The position numbers were made by a program, and so were the translations under genes. From positions 1 to 47,141 of the forward strand of contig JAUCBJ010007867.1 of the NCBI GenBank assembly GCA_032718475.1: DNA of 47,141 bases. Direction: 5' to 3'. The stretch comes from Nemertoderma westbladi (taxonomy: Eukaryota; Animalia; Xenacoelomorpha). The notes below the pieces were generated by a model that had not been told where the DNA came from, did no database searches, and saw only the letters and a list, made by a program, of their open reading frames with translations. This document shows, in pieces, positions 25,434-36,335 of this stretch; the first letter of the stretch is position 1, and every line of letters starts with the position of its first letter.

Positions 25434-26315
25434 CTAAACCCCATTCTTCTTGGACTCCGACCGATGCGTATCAATAAGTTTGTTCGTTCTAACAATTTCT
25501 CGTTGACATTTAGCAATACTCTTCTTCCTCCACTCGATCTCTATGACAAGCATTTCCAACTCGTCCTGCATCGCATTGACTTCATCCTCCAATAGCTTAC
25601 CGACCACTTTCTCCCGTTTCAGTTGAACGCGACTCGATTGCAGTTTACCCTTGGCCTCCTGCAACTGAGTTTTAAGAACAACCGAGAATATCTGCAGTTG
25701 TCGACCAGCGTTCGTCGGATTTCTCGCTAACTTTTTCAACAGATCAGCGGTATCCTCTACAGGACAATTAATAACCTCCTTTAACGTTCTGTTATCTTCT
25801 AACTTATTGCGGAGTTGCGTAAGTTCATTCCGCAAAGATTTCAATTCGTCAGGGTTGCCATAGAGATCGCGCTGGAGACTAGCTCCCAATTCGTCCACTG
25901 ATTTTAAGTCCACCAACAGTTTGGCTTTAATGATTTTCAGAGAAGATATCTTCTCGGCGACTATTTTTCGCTCGTTTTCAGTGCTCCGAGACTCGCCTTG
26001 CAACTTATTAACCAAAGAGGCATGAGAATTGTTACTCTGCGCGGTTTTGGCTATGAGTTCGTTCAGTTTGTTCCTTTCAGCATCTCCAGGGTCTCCTTCA
26101 CTACTTTCAGTATCCTCGTCTATGAAAAGCTTCTCAACCAGCGACGATTTAGTGACACGGTTGCGGCATTGAGGGCATGTTTTGCGTTGTTTCAACCACG
26201 GTTGCAGACAGCTCGAATGGAACACGTGCCCGCAATGGGTGGCACAAGACTCGATTCCCGCTGTAAACAATCTCTCCTGGCAAATTGGGCACAAGATTGT
26301 AATTATTTCAGACAT
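25434..26315 (-). CDS. TRAIP: TRAIP/NOPO-like RING-H2 E3 ligase with coiled coil, intronless
   Basis: CPIC...CGHVFH..CL..W...KTCPQCR......KLFID followed by a long heptad region. Confidence 0.75.
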   Translation of the reverse strand: MSEIITILCPICQERLFTAGIESCATHCGHVFHSSCLQPWLKQRKTCPQCRNRVTKSSLVEKLFIDEDTESSEGDPGDAERNKLNELIAKTAQSNNSHASLVNKLQGESRSTENERKIVAEKISSLKIIKAKLLVDLKSVDELGASLQRDLYGNPDELKSLRNELTQLRNKLEDNRTLKEVINCPVEDTADLLKKLARNPTNAGRQLQIFSVVLKTQLQEAKGKLQSSRVQLKREKVVGKLLEDEVNAMQDELEMLVIEIEWRKKSIAKCQREIVRTNKLIDTHRSESKKNGV

Positions 26316-26560
26316 ATCAGAATCAATATATCCAAGAAGCTATAATAATCTGTAATAATCATATTAATCAATAATAAACATTTTGGACAATCTAAAGTTA
26401 ACCAATAACAAACAACTCTAGCTGAAACTTCGTAAACCTAATAGTTACTCGACTCTACTCTTCTGTACATTTTCGAGACAGGGGGGGGGGGGGGGGGGGG
26501 GACTCGACGCAAAAGCCATCTCGGCGAATTCATATTCCGCCTCAATGTTAAATTCTTAAT

Positions 26561-26683
26561 TTAGGGAAAGGAGCAGGTTACAGTGGCACGTTATTTTAAC
26601 CAAAACAATAAACACAATAGAACAGGTTACAGTTTTATTTTTGAGAGTAATCAGCTGTTATTTGCGTCCAGTTTCCTCCCCTA
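26561..26683. mobile_element. Small dispersed repeat / TA-flanked MITE; related copy at ~42185-42360
   Basis: agggaaaggagcaggttacagtggc shared exactly with ~42190-42214; imperfect ends tagggaaagga / tcctccccta. Confidence 0.5.
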
Positions 26684-26889
26684 TCTGAAATTTTCAGTTT
26701 GAATTAAGATCACACTGTAGTGTATACAAATAATTTTGAGACGTTTATTTCTCAATAATATTGTTATTTTTATCATTGTAAACAAACCAAGTAAGATGAT
26801 TAATAATTCAAAAAAAGAATCACTACATCATAAAGTGTCTCTATCAATGACTTTATCAGACGATTTTATTACCTTATTGTCAGGAATGA

Positions 26890-29800
26890 TCACTGAGTAA
26901 TTAACTGAACTAAAGAGTTTAGATAAGTAACCAAAGTGTTTCTTCTCCATCTCTTCGCCTCCTCTATAGAGGCGTGTAGAACAGCGAGCTGAACGGAAGG
27001 CGGGCCGTCCAGTTCGTTAACCAGACCCCGGATCTCCCGGAAGTCCTTCCCGGGTCTCCGGATCCGGCTCAGCAGGTCCCGTTGGATCCGTAAACCGGTC
27101 CGGACGTGGACCGTGAAAGCGGACGAGTCCTCGGTGCCGACGGTGGACACCGGACTGGGAGCGTCGTCGATGGTGGGAGAACCGAGGTCGCTCGCCGGTA
27201 GTCCCACCGGTTGGAACCGGTTCTCGTCCGACGCTGCTTGGAATCTACTCGCTTCGCTCGGTCCTTCTACCCGGTTCGCAACCGGCTCCAACATAATCTC
27301 TTCCGAAAACTCGAACACCGCTTCCGGTGAACTCACCGGTGACTCACCGCCGGTGGGGCGAGGAGACCGACACCATGGCAACGGGGAGGGCCGCAGTAGA
27401 GGCGACATGGCCCGACACCGTTTGGGCGGCGCCCTGCCCCCTACCGCCCCCCGTTTCATCTGGAAGCCCCCTCGCGGGTCCCCCCTCTCCCCAGCCGCGC
27501 CCCCCATCCCCCCGAACCCCTCCGCCTCGTCCACGTTCATCAGATAGGCGGCGTCCTTGTTCTGGAGTTTGAAAGGGTTCCCGAACATGTGTAGCCGAGC
27601 GGGCGCCGGCTCGGGGTCCCGTAACGGCGTCGGCTGCCGTTTGAGGTACTCCGTGTAGTTGCCCATGTGCTGCACCGGCAGCGAGTGGCGGTGTTCGTCG
27701 TCTATCAGGCTGATCGCGCTCGGGTTGATTTGGTTGAAGTTCCGGCGCATTTGCGCGATTGTCTCTAAGAGTTTCTCGCGGGGAATATCGTAAGGATTGC
27801 GGAACGGTTGGAGGGGAACCTAAAAGTTTAAATTATTATTTATTTAAAAATTAAAAATAATCTAAATGTTATTTCACTAGGTTTAAAACAACAAGTCGCT
27901 AGTTTATTTTCATAAATTATTCATGAATTCAATATACAAATCATCTTACAATGTGTTTCTATCATGAACCAGTTATTATTCAATTAACGGTAACTGGATG
28001 GTTTGGTTGTTCAAACACCTTAATATTTTGTAAAATTCCGCCTAAACAAAGTTTATTTAAACAATTATCGTTCTAAAATTTTCTTCAAGTTCAACAAATC
28101 ACGATAAATTTTTCATATTAAGATTGTTAAAATACGCGAAGTGGGTCCTTCGCGCAGCACGTGGTTGCATTATACAAGCAGATTAATGCTATTTGATTTT
28201 TATTATTTCGAAAAGTTACGTAAAAGATCCATAACATATGATGATGATGAATAGATTTCTGACTAATAAAATGTTCCAATGACATCTGAGGTTTCCTACA
28301 AATCTACTCACCCCAGAACGTTTAGTAGAAATACAAAACCCTGGGAACTCATTAGTTTCAGTTTTCCCTGTAATGTTCCCTCCCCCTCCCATCATCCCGT
28401 GTAACATCTGCAAATAATCCCGATTCTGGCTGTAAGTCAGTCCGGTAGACCTCGGGATTACTCTGATCCCGGTCTCACCGGAATCCTTCCCGATGAAACT
28501 CTGCAAGCGGTCCAACTCCTGTTTCGATTGAGTCTTTAATTTCTTTAAATAACTCTGTATTGAGTAACTCAGACCGGTGTCGAATGAATCCGGAATCAAA
28601 CTGGGGGCGCCCATTCGTTTCAGAGCAATACGCAACGGCGCGGCGTAGTAAATAGGAACTTGTTTCATGTAGGAGTCGAAACGTTGCCGCCATTCAATGG
28701 GAGGCGCTTTCAGCTTATAAACCTTAATTAGCTCTTCTAGTAGAGGCAACAATACGGGGTAATTAAAAGGCATAACGAACAGATTCACACAGTTTAGGTT
28801 GATGCTGGCCTTTAGGTAACCGAAAGGAAAGTCAATCTCAGCAGATTTACCTGATCCGGGAACGTAGCAGGGCCAGCAGGTTGTCGGCATACCTCGAGAG
28901 AGAATGAACTGAGTCAGGGGGCTTGGTTCGAGTTCGTACTTATCGAAAGGGAGGCTGTCTACGATAAGGGGTTCGCTATCAGAGCAGGTGAACTCTACGA
29001 CGGGGTGGGCGGTGCGCGGGGGCAGGGAGGGGGCCGACTGTTCCGGCCAGAAGGCCTCCGGGATCGGCCAGTGACCCAAGGGGAGACCGGTCTTGGGGTT
29101 GGGCCGCACTAGGACCATCCTACGGGACGACTGCCAGCCGCTAGGGGGGACTGGGGGCGGAAGGGGGCTGTTTGATCGCGAGGATCCCAACTCGATATCC
29201 TGCGACGGTGGGGGAGGGTCCGGACCTGTTTGCTCGAAGTTGAGAACGACGCCACAAACTAATTTCCCTACGACCGAGTCGATGCATTGGTGCAGCGCCT
29301 TCATGGTTGTAACCGCGTAACTTCTACCCCCGGTAACTTCGCACATGAGATTTATTGGCGAATCGTCCGGCGCTAAAGGTTCCGGACAGTCGCTCGGAAA
29401 CCCCGGAATCCGAAGTACCAGTGAGAAGAACCTGTGGTCCCATCGGAATGGTTCTTTTGTTAACTCGCTACCCGGGTAACTCTGGTTCATAGGTAAGTTG
29501 AGTTCGGCTTCAACTCCTACTTTATTGGTCATCGTGTGACCGTCCGTTATACAGAGAATTAGAGCAGGTTCCACGAAGAATGGATTCCTACCCTGTCCGT
29601 AATTGTCTACCGCACTCTGCCCACGCTGCAGGTTCAACAAGTCGAAACATTGCTTCAACGCGACGCCTAAGTGCGTCAAGCCGGTAGCTTGTAGGTTCTT
29701 TAACTCGCTGTTGAAGACAGCTAGAGGTTCCCGCCAAGCCGCCTTTATCCCCTGTGGCGGGGTATCGAAGGTGACCAACATGTAGCGGTCGTTTCGGCAC

Positions 29801-29928
29801 AGGTTATCTCGTTGCCGCAGCTTAAGGAATTGTTCTACGGCCCCTTTCGCGACGTCCAGGAGAGTCGTACCATAGAAAGTACGCTGCTCCATGGAAGAAC
29901 TATTGTCGATGAGAAAAAGGACAATCAT
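26890..29928 (-). CDS. INTS6: Integrator complex subunit 6; two exons (29928-28312, 27819-26890), phase-0 intron 28311-27820
   Basis: VWA start IVLFLIDNSSSM.QRT, DNYGQGRNPFF, ELTKEPFRWD, GHWPIPEAFWP, PFDKYELEPSPLTQ; donor gtgagt, acceptor ttttag; exon 2 FRNPYDIPR, HSLPV..MGNY.EYLK, HMFGNPFK, IRRPG, EEAKRWRR..L. Confidence 0.95.
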
Positions 29929-30439
29929 AATTAAATACACAAGGCAGATAGGTATGTAGGTGATAAGAATTCAATTTAAAATTTCCTAACCCACCACAAC
30001 AATACATACAGCCTACTACTGTGTACTGTAGTACTACACAGTCAGACAGTGGCTTCCTGGGATCTATCTGGGAAACATTCAACAGCGCTACAGCTCTGTC
30101 ATCAAAAGGTAAATGCACGTAACTCCAAAAACCTCATAAGAGATATCAAGCCCCAAAGTGCAAAGGTTTTTTGTATGCGCTTTTAGTATGACGTAGCTAC
30201 TAGGGGTGTGTTATACTGCTGTACTGTGCGGCCTATCACCTATACTATATAGGCCTACATCATTGAGAGCATACCCTGAGACGTTTTTTCTTATGCTATA
30301 CTTTTCGTACATATCCATATGGCTATTGCAGTATTGAGCCAAACAGCCAAACGAGGCCATTTAAACTCAGTTAAGTGTTTTTGCCTTACAGCCTTATGCA
30401 GTCTGGCAGTACCCACATGAAAAAGAAAACGGATACAAT

Positions 30440-30841
30440 TAGTAAACGACCGGTTAACCGGGCCGGGTTTGGGTGACCCGGAACCGGATCCGGCAAAAAA
30501 GTCGCCGGGTACCTGGTTTTATTAAAATTAAGCAATTTGAGTGAATGAGAATGACAAGCCTGTTTGACATACCTATATCTGTAGGCCATATAGCTGTATA
30601 GTGTATATACGTAGGTACCAGTACACAAAGTTGCCTAAAGCAGTAGGTAGTCAGGTTGTAGTAGCATCTTCTTACATTTTAGATCATTTTCGATTTTTTT
30701 TTCTTTTGATTTACCGGTATCATTTTTTTAGAATTTTTTTTTATTTGTATCATTTTTGATATCACAAGTGTTGACCCGGACCCGGCCTTTTTGAGACTGA
30801 CCCGGCCGCACCCGGCAAAATGTTCGACCCGGTCGTTACTA
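30440..30841. mobile_element. hAT-like MITE
   Basis: TIRs tagtaaacgaccgg / ccggtcgttacta; subterminal acccgg repeats; imperfect 8-bp TSD gatacaat/gatactgt. Confidence 0.7.
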
Positions 30842-31057
30842 GATACTGTACAATGCAGCAATGGCAGAATGACATAAACTCATATTTCAGTATTTAGAAG
30901 GCTTCCTGGAAAACACGCAACAGCGCAACAGCTCTTAACGAATGGGCAGCATTGGCGCAACAGCGCAACAACCTAAGATTGGTTTATACATTCCACTCTA
31001 ATTCCATTGGCTTGTCAGCTTGTACATTCTGTTGAGTTCTATGACATTCCATTACTG

Positions 31058-31958
31058 CCAGGTTGGAATTCATGCTGCAAAACTCGGACGCGTACCTGCG
31101 CGAATGACCGCAAACCAGATGCGCGTTGCGCGTTTGGGTGAGACAGGTGCGCGTTCGGGTGTGAGACAGGTGCGCGTTGCGCCTCAGCGCGCAGCTCTGC
31201 CTCTGATGCGCACCACAAATTAATTGAAATCACGAAAATACACAAAAAAATTTCGCTCGCTCGCTCGCATTAGTTTCTCATTTCCAATTCTTCAAACAGT
31301 CAAATCACTTCACCATAATACTGTAATACCGGCAACCGGAGCTGAATTTGTCTATTTATTTTAACTACAGTACTCTATTGTTGTATTGTTATTAGGTCTA
31401 TGCTATGCCGATGTTACGTTAGTAAACAGGTAAAGTCAGAAAGTAACAATGTATTATAAGTATGACTTAATTATAAGCCAACTGTATGTTTAAGCCTAAT
31501 TGTTAGGTAGGCCTATACAAAGTATTATTGGCAGACTGGTACCTATTTCAATATTCGTTTTTTTGAAATTACCGGTACATGTTTTGTTTGTAATCTAAAA
31601 TAATATTTTCTGTTATAAAAGCAGTGAGCCCGATGGGCCACCATAGTAGTGGATTAAAAAAATATTTTTTAATATTAACAATTTTGATGTTGCAAAAATT
31701 ACATTTATTATGTAAGCCTAGATTCAACGTACAGACAGACAGACGTAAAGATAAGCTTAAAACGCTCAAACTTGTAAAATAGGAATGTAAAATTGTTCTT
31801 ATGAACTGTGCGATTTTTTGAGATATGCATGACATGAGCTGCGCGATTTTGTTTGGATTATGACATATGATGAGGTGCGCGACGAGCCAATTTCAGGTGC
31901 GCGGTGATTTCAAAACAACAAAGCGTACCTGCGCGCTCATGCATGAATTCCAACCTGG
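31058..31958. mobile_element. hAT-like MITE inserted in the left TIR of 30900..33769
   Basis: TIR ccaggttggaattcatgc / gcatgaattccaacctgg; 8-bp TSD cattactg at 31050-31057 and 31959-31966. Confidence 0.85.
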
Positions 31959-33013
31959 CATTACTGTAGCGCCGATGGCGCAACAGAGTAGGCCTAATAA
32001 ATAAAGCAAGGTACTTACGTTCTAAAAGGGATGCGACCTATACAGCTATAACAATCCAATATGGAGTACCAATATGGAACTCACTTCCCAGTGACGTTAT
32101 CGAATCAGTACGGTAAGTGAAGTGTTAAGTCCGTTTGTGACAAACTTAAAACTTGTAATTTATTAGAACATTGCCATTTCAATAGATTCGATTAATTAGG
32201 ACGCATGATCATTCATTTACTTTTAGTGGTGGGGTGGGTGGGGGGGTGGGGGGTGGGGGGGGGGGGGTGGGCGGTGGGGGAGGGGCGTTGGCGGGGGCGT
32301 GGACTTTCTTCGCAATCAAAATTCATATGTCTCCAAGCGGCCAAGGGAAACTCGACGCGAATAACACCTGATTACTCCCAAAAATAACAGTGTAACCTGA
32401 TTTATTACGACAGGATATTAAATAAAATAAATAAAAATTATTACGACAAAGTTGAAAGTACCGTATACCCAGATGTGTTTTCAGAATTAACTGATTTCTG
32501 GGATTGCAATCCCAGATTCTGGGATTTACAGCTGTCACACTTCTTTGCCTTTCACCTTTGATTCCTTGGCGCAAATGATTTATACTTGTTCGTCAACTTC
32601 AATTGATGACCGGTTAAGGTTCGATTGTAATGTTCTGGAAATATCTTGGTCCGGTATGTTATCACCAATGTAGTACTTGACATGACACACACACTGCACT
32701 GCTGCAGACGGCTGTACATACACTGTACCGGTACTGCTGTATGCAGACATACCATACAACTGTACAATGTCAGAATGTATTAAAGAGTCTGCCTGTGCGT
32801 TGCCAACACTACAGCACAGCTGATCAATAACCAGTATTTTCATGTATTTGTAGGCCTAACTTCTCCTGTTCTTTGCTTGTTGCGCCATCGGCGCTACAGA
32901 AATGGAATGCCATAGAACGCAACATAATGTGCAAGCCAATGGAATTAGAGTGGAATGTATAAACCAATCTTAGGTTGTTGCGCTGTTGTTGCTCATTGGT
33001 TATAGGGGCGTTG

Positions 33014-33721
33014 TATGAGGCGCTGTTAACGCCAAAAGGTCAGCAATAATATTAAAGGTTTTAAAAAGAATATTAGAGAATTTCAAAACATATTTTCGGC
33101 CGAAATTTCGGCCGAAATATTTTGTTACATTTTTTCAGCTCTTTCATTTGATGTCATTTTCGGCCGAAACTTCGACCGAAATTTCGGCCGAAATATTTTA
33201 TTACATTTTTTCAGCTCTTTCATTTGATGTCATTTTCGGCCGAAATCTCGACTGAATTTTCGGCCGAAATATATTATTACATTTTTTCAGCTCTTCAATT
33301 TGATGTCATTTTCGGCCGAAATTTCGGCCGAAATCTCGACCGAAATATTTTATTACATTTTCAGCTCTTCCATATGATGACATTTTCGGCCGAAATTTCG
33401 GTCGAGATTTCGGCCGAAAATGACATCAAATGAAAGAGCTGAAAAAAATGTAACAAAATATTTCGGCCGAAATTTCGGTCGAAATTTCGGCCGAAAATGA
33501 CATCAAATGAAAGAGCTGAAAAAATGTAATAAAATATTTCGGCCGAAATTTCGGCCGAAAATGACATCAAATGAAAGAGCTGAAAAAATGTAACAAAATA
33601 TTTCGGCCGAAATTTCGGCCGAAAATATGTTTTGAAATTCCTTTTCTTTTCTAAATTCTTTTTATTCTTTTTAAAACCTTTAATATTATTGCTGACCTTT
33701 TGGCGTTAACGGCGCCTCATA
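33014..33721. mobile_element. Palindromic foldback MITE with TAT..ATA ends and 6-bp TSD (IS3EU-like), in the right TIR of 30900..33769
   Basis: tatgaggcgctgttaacgccaaaaggtcagc / gctgaccttttggcgttaacggcgcctcata; TSD gcgttg at 33008-13 and 33722-27; internal ttcggccgaa arrays reverse near 33375. Confidence 0.82.
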
Positions 33722-34817
33722 GCGTTGTGCTGTTGCGCCGTTGCGCTGTTGCGTGTTTTCCAGGAAGCCATTTAGAATTGTCTGTATTAGGTGGGTTTTT
33801 TCGAACACTACTATAATATTTCAAAATAAAACAATATTTTTGGCATTGTGGTTTTCCAGGTCGGTGATTTCATTTACGCTGTCAGTTTTCACATTTGATA
33901 TTGTCTTTTGGTCCGTTTATTTGTCCATCCCAATAAGGGGGAAAGCTTCAAACAAATCAAATCTCTGCAAATTTTATCGATGTAAATTATAAATAAGATA
34001 TTAAAGCATAGTGTAACAAACTCATCAATTTGAAACATCACGGTAAACTATAAGTGCATTTACCTCGGGGAACCCCCACAATTAGTTATTATGAGTTACT
34101 AGGGCCTACATTCAACATTATAACTACAGTAGGCGTCGTTGTGAGGTTTACAAAGGTACTTACACTTAACTCAATAATTACTATTGACTTTGTAATAACA
34201 CAAAATTTGGCAATAATCGAGTTAGGTAAATTTCAAATAAAAATGCAAAACAACCACCAATGGCAGGAAACATTGATATATCAGATGATAGCTTAGAGTA
34301 TGTTCTTCTATTTGCCCTATTAACTCAAAACTGCAAAATTTGGAGTTACGTGCCGTCGCCTTTGGAGGGCAGAGCTCTATGCCTATAACCACACATATAA
34401 AAGTTTAAAAAAAATAAAAACCTCACCCACCGCCACCACCAGGCTACTGTACAATGTTGCTTAGCTTAGAATTATTGTTGATTACAGTGCGCGCGGGAAT
34501 TTCAACTCTTGCTACTAATCATAGCAGCACGGGCCGGATTGGTGTCACTTCGCAGATTCCTACCTATCATGTTATTGATTATGATGAGGATGAAAATAGT
34601 AACATCAATATTAGTGATGAAGTTAATATTATCCATTCAAACGATCCGAATGTTATTACTTTTAATAAATAAATATACTTGATTATTCCTTATACTTAAA
34701 TATACTAACATACTTGAGGCCGGTAGGTCCGCTGTTAGAGATAGGATAAGCAACTTAAGGCTGCCCGTTCAATAGAAGTGGATTAGGTGGGATAGTGAAT
34801 GTCAGGGACAAGTGGCT

Positions 34818-34877
34818 GAACTGGTTAGCGCTACTGATGAGGCCTGATAGGCTGAAACGTACGTATAGCGCTGGTTC
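34818..34877 (+). ncRNA. Minimal type I hammerhead ribozyme 1
   Basis: Stem I agcgcta/tagcgct, CUGAUGA 34834-40, stem II ggcc-tgata-ggct, GAAA, short palindromic stem III cgtacg, GUA cleavage triplet 34863-65. Confidence 0.9.
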
Positions 34878-35171
34878 AACCCCCGGTGACGCGCTTTCTA
34901 ATTTTTTCCATTTCTGAACAAAACCATAATATTACATCTTTAATTACAGTTGCATTAACACCTCAACTCCAATTTATTTATTTAATATCACCTGGCAGCA
35001 ATACTCGAGCTGAATATTTATTTACTTGTACTTCCCTCCTGTTTCACTCTAACATACAGTACTTGAGGCGGGTAGGTCCGCTGTTTGAGATTTGGATATG
35101 CAACTTAATTAAGACTGCCTGTTCAATATAAGTGGATTAGGTGGGATAGTGAATGTCAGGGACAAGTGGCT

Positions 35172-35231
35172 GAACTGGTTAGCGCTACTGATGAGGCATG
35201 ATAGGCTGAAACGTACGTATAGCGCTGGTTC
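35172..35231 (+). ncRNA. Minimal type I hammerhead ribozyme 2
   Basis: Same core as ribozyme 1 (CUGAUGA 35188-94, GUA 35217-19), one C>A change in stem II. Confidence 0.87.
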
Positions 35232-35452
35232 AACCCCCGGTGACGCGCTTTCTCATTTTTTCCATTTCTGAACAAAACCATAATATTACATCTTTGACTA
35301 ATTATTGCACTATCCTGCCATATATTGTTTTCCAGTTTTGGTTCAGCCGTTTTGAAATTATATCAATTATCTAAATTTGTACAAAATTTGGGATAATAAT
35401 TTGACAAATTAATAATCGTATTTTTTGCATTTTTGCTGCTCTACTATAAAAT

Positions 35453-35886
35453 GCCCTTACAGTGGAAAGTGTATTTTTATACGGGGGTGAGACCTGGACA
35501 CTGACTAAATCACTTCAGCAACGAATTGATGGTTGCTACACAAGACTACTAAGGGCAGCCCTAAACATCAGCTGGAGACAACACATGACAAACGCCGAGC
35601 TTTATGGTACAATACCGCCTGTATCAACCACCCTCCGTGAACGCAGATTAAGATTCAGTGGGCACTGCTGGCGAAGTAAAGACGAGGTCATACCAGATCT
35701 ACTTCTCTGGCAACCAACTCATGGAAAGCGTAGTCGTGGACGACCGGCCATAATATATATATAGATCAACTTGAAAGGGATACTGAAGTTGGGAGAAACG
35801 AAATTGCGACAACTATGGAGAATCGGGAAGCCTGGAAAGATCTCATTTCCACTGTCCGAGTTCGCTCGACCTAGTAGTAGTAGTAG
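35453..35886 (+). mobile_element. 5'-truncated RTE-clade LINE
   Basis: ESVFLYGGETWTLT...DGCYTRLLR..LNISW..H.TN.ELY...RRLRFSGHC.R; (TAG)n tail 35872-35886; TSD tactataaaat at 35442-52 and 35887-97. Confidence 0.9.
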
Positions 35887-36335
35887 TACTATAAAATAGA
35901 CATGTTGAACATGTAATTATTACACTTCTCATGCATTTTGTAACGAATTTACATGAATGCAAGGTGGGGTTCAAGTCTCCCACCTTAGGTGTCAAGTCTC
36001 CCCCCATTGAGGGAGACTTGACGCTTTTTCGAAAATATGAATTATTGGATTTAATTAAAAAAGTTTAAGTGTTGATTTTCCCAAACTTTCATATAATAAT
36101 AGCAATCATAAATGTAATGTGATAATAAAGTTAAAACGGCACTGGAAAAATAATTAATCTGCTCTTTAGAACGATTATAACTTTTGGGGTTCAAGTCTCC
36201 CTCACTCACCATACAGATGACGACAGAAGTCCTGTTATTTCAGCTCATTTGATTAAAAAGTTACTTACGGACAGCGGGACTCCCACATCCCTCAAACGGA
36301 AACAGCTGGTATTTATTCCCTGTAATATGTATATA

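Larger units (their letters stand above)
30900..33769. mobile_element. Long-TIR non-autonomous DNA transposon, GG termini, 8-bp TSD (Merlin/MULE-like)
   Basis: ggcttcctggaaaacacgcaacagcgcaac / gttgcgctgttgcgtgttttccaggaagcc; TSD atttagaa at 30892-30899 and 33770-33777; ~180-bp TIRs restored when the two inner inserts are removed. Confidence 0.85.
30091..34377. mobile_element. Possible outer, decayed TA-flanked TIR element hosting nested MITEs
   Basis: ta|cagctctgtcatcaaaaggtaaatgcacgtaactccaaa vs tttggagttacgtgccgtcgcctttggagggcagagctc|ta. Confidence 0.45.
34705..35295 (+). mobile_element. Tandem direct repeat, ~354-bp period, carrying hammerheads (retrozyme / Penelope pseudo-LTR-like)
   Basis: ~245-bp block tacttgaggc...aatattacatcttt present at ~34710-34940 and ~35060-35295. 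Confidence 0.85.
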
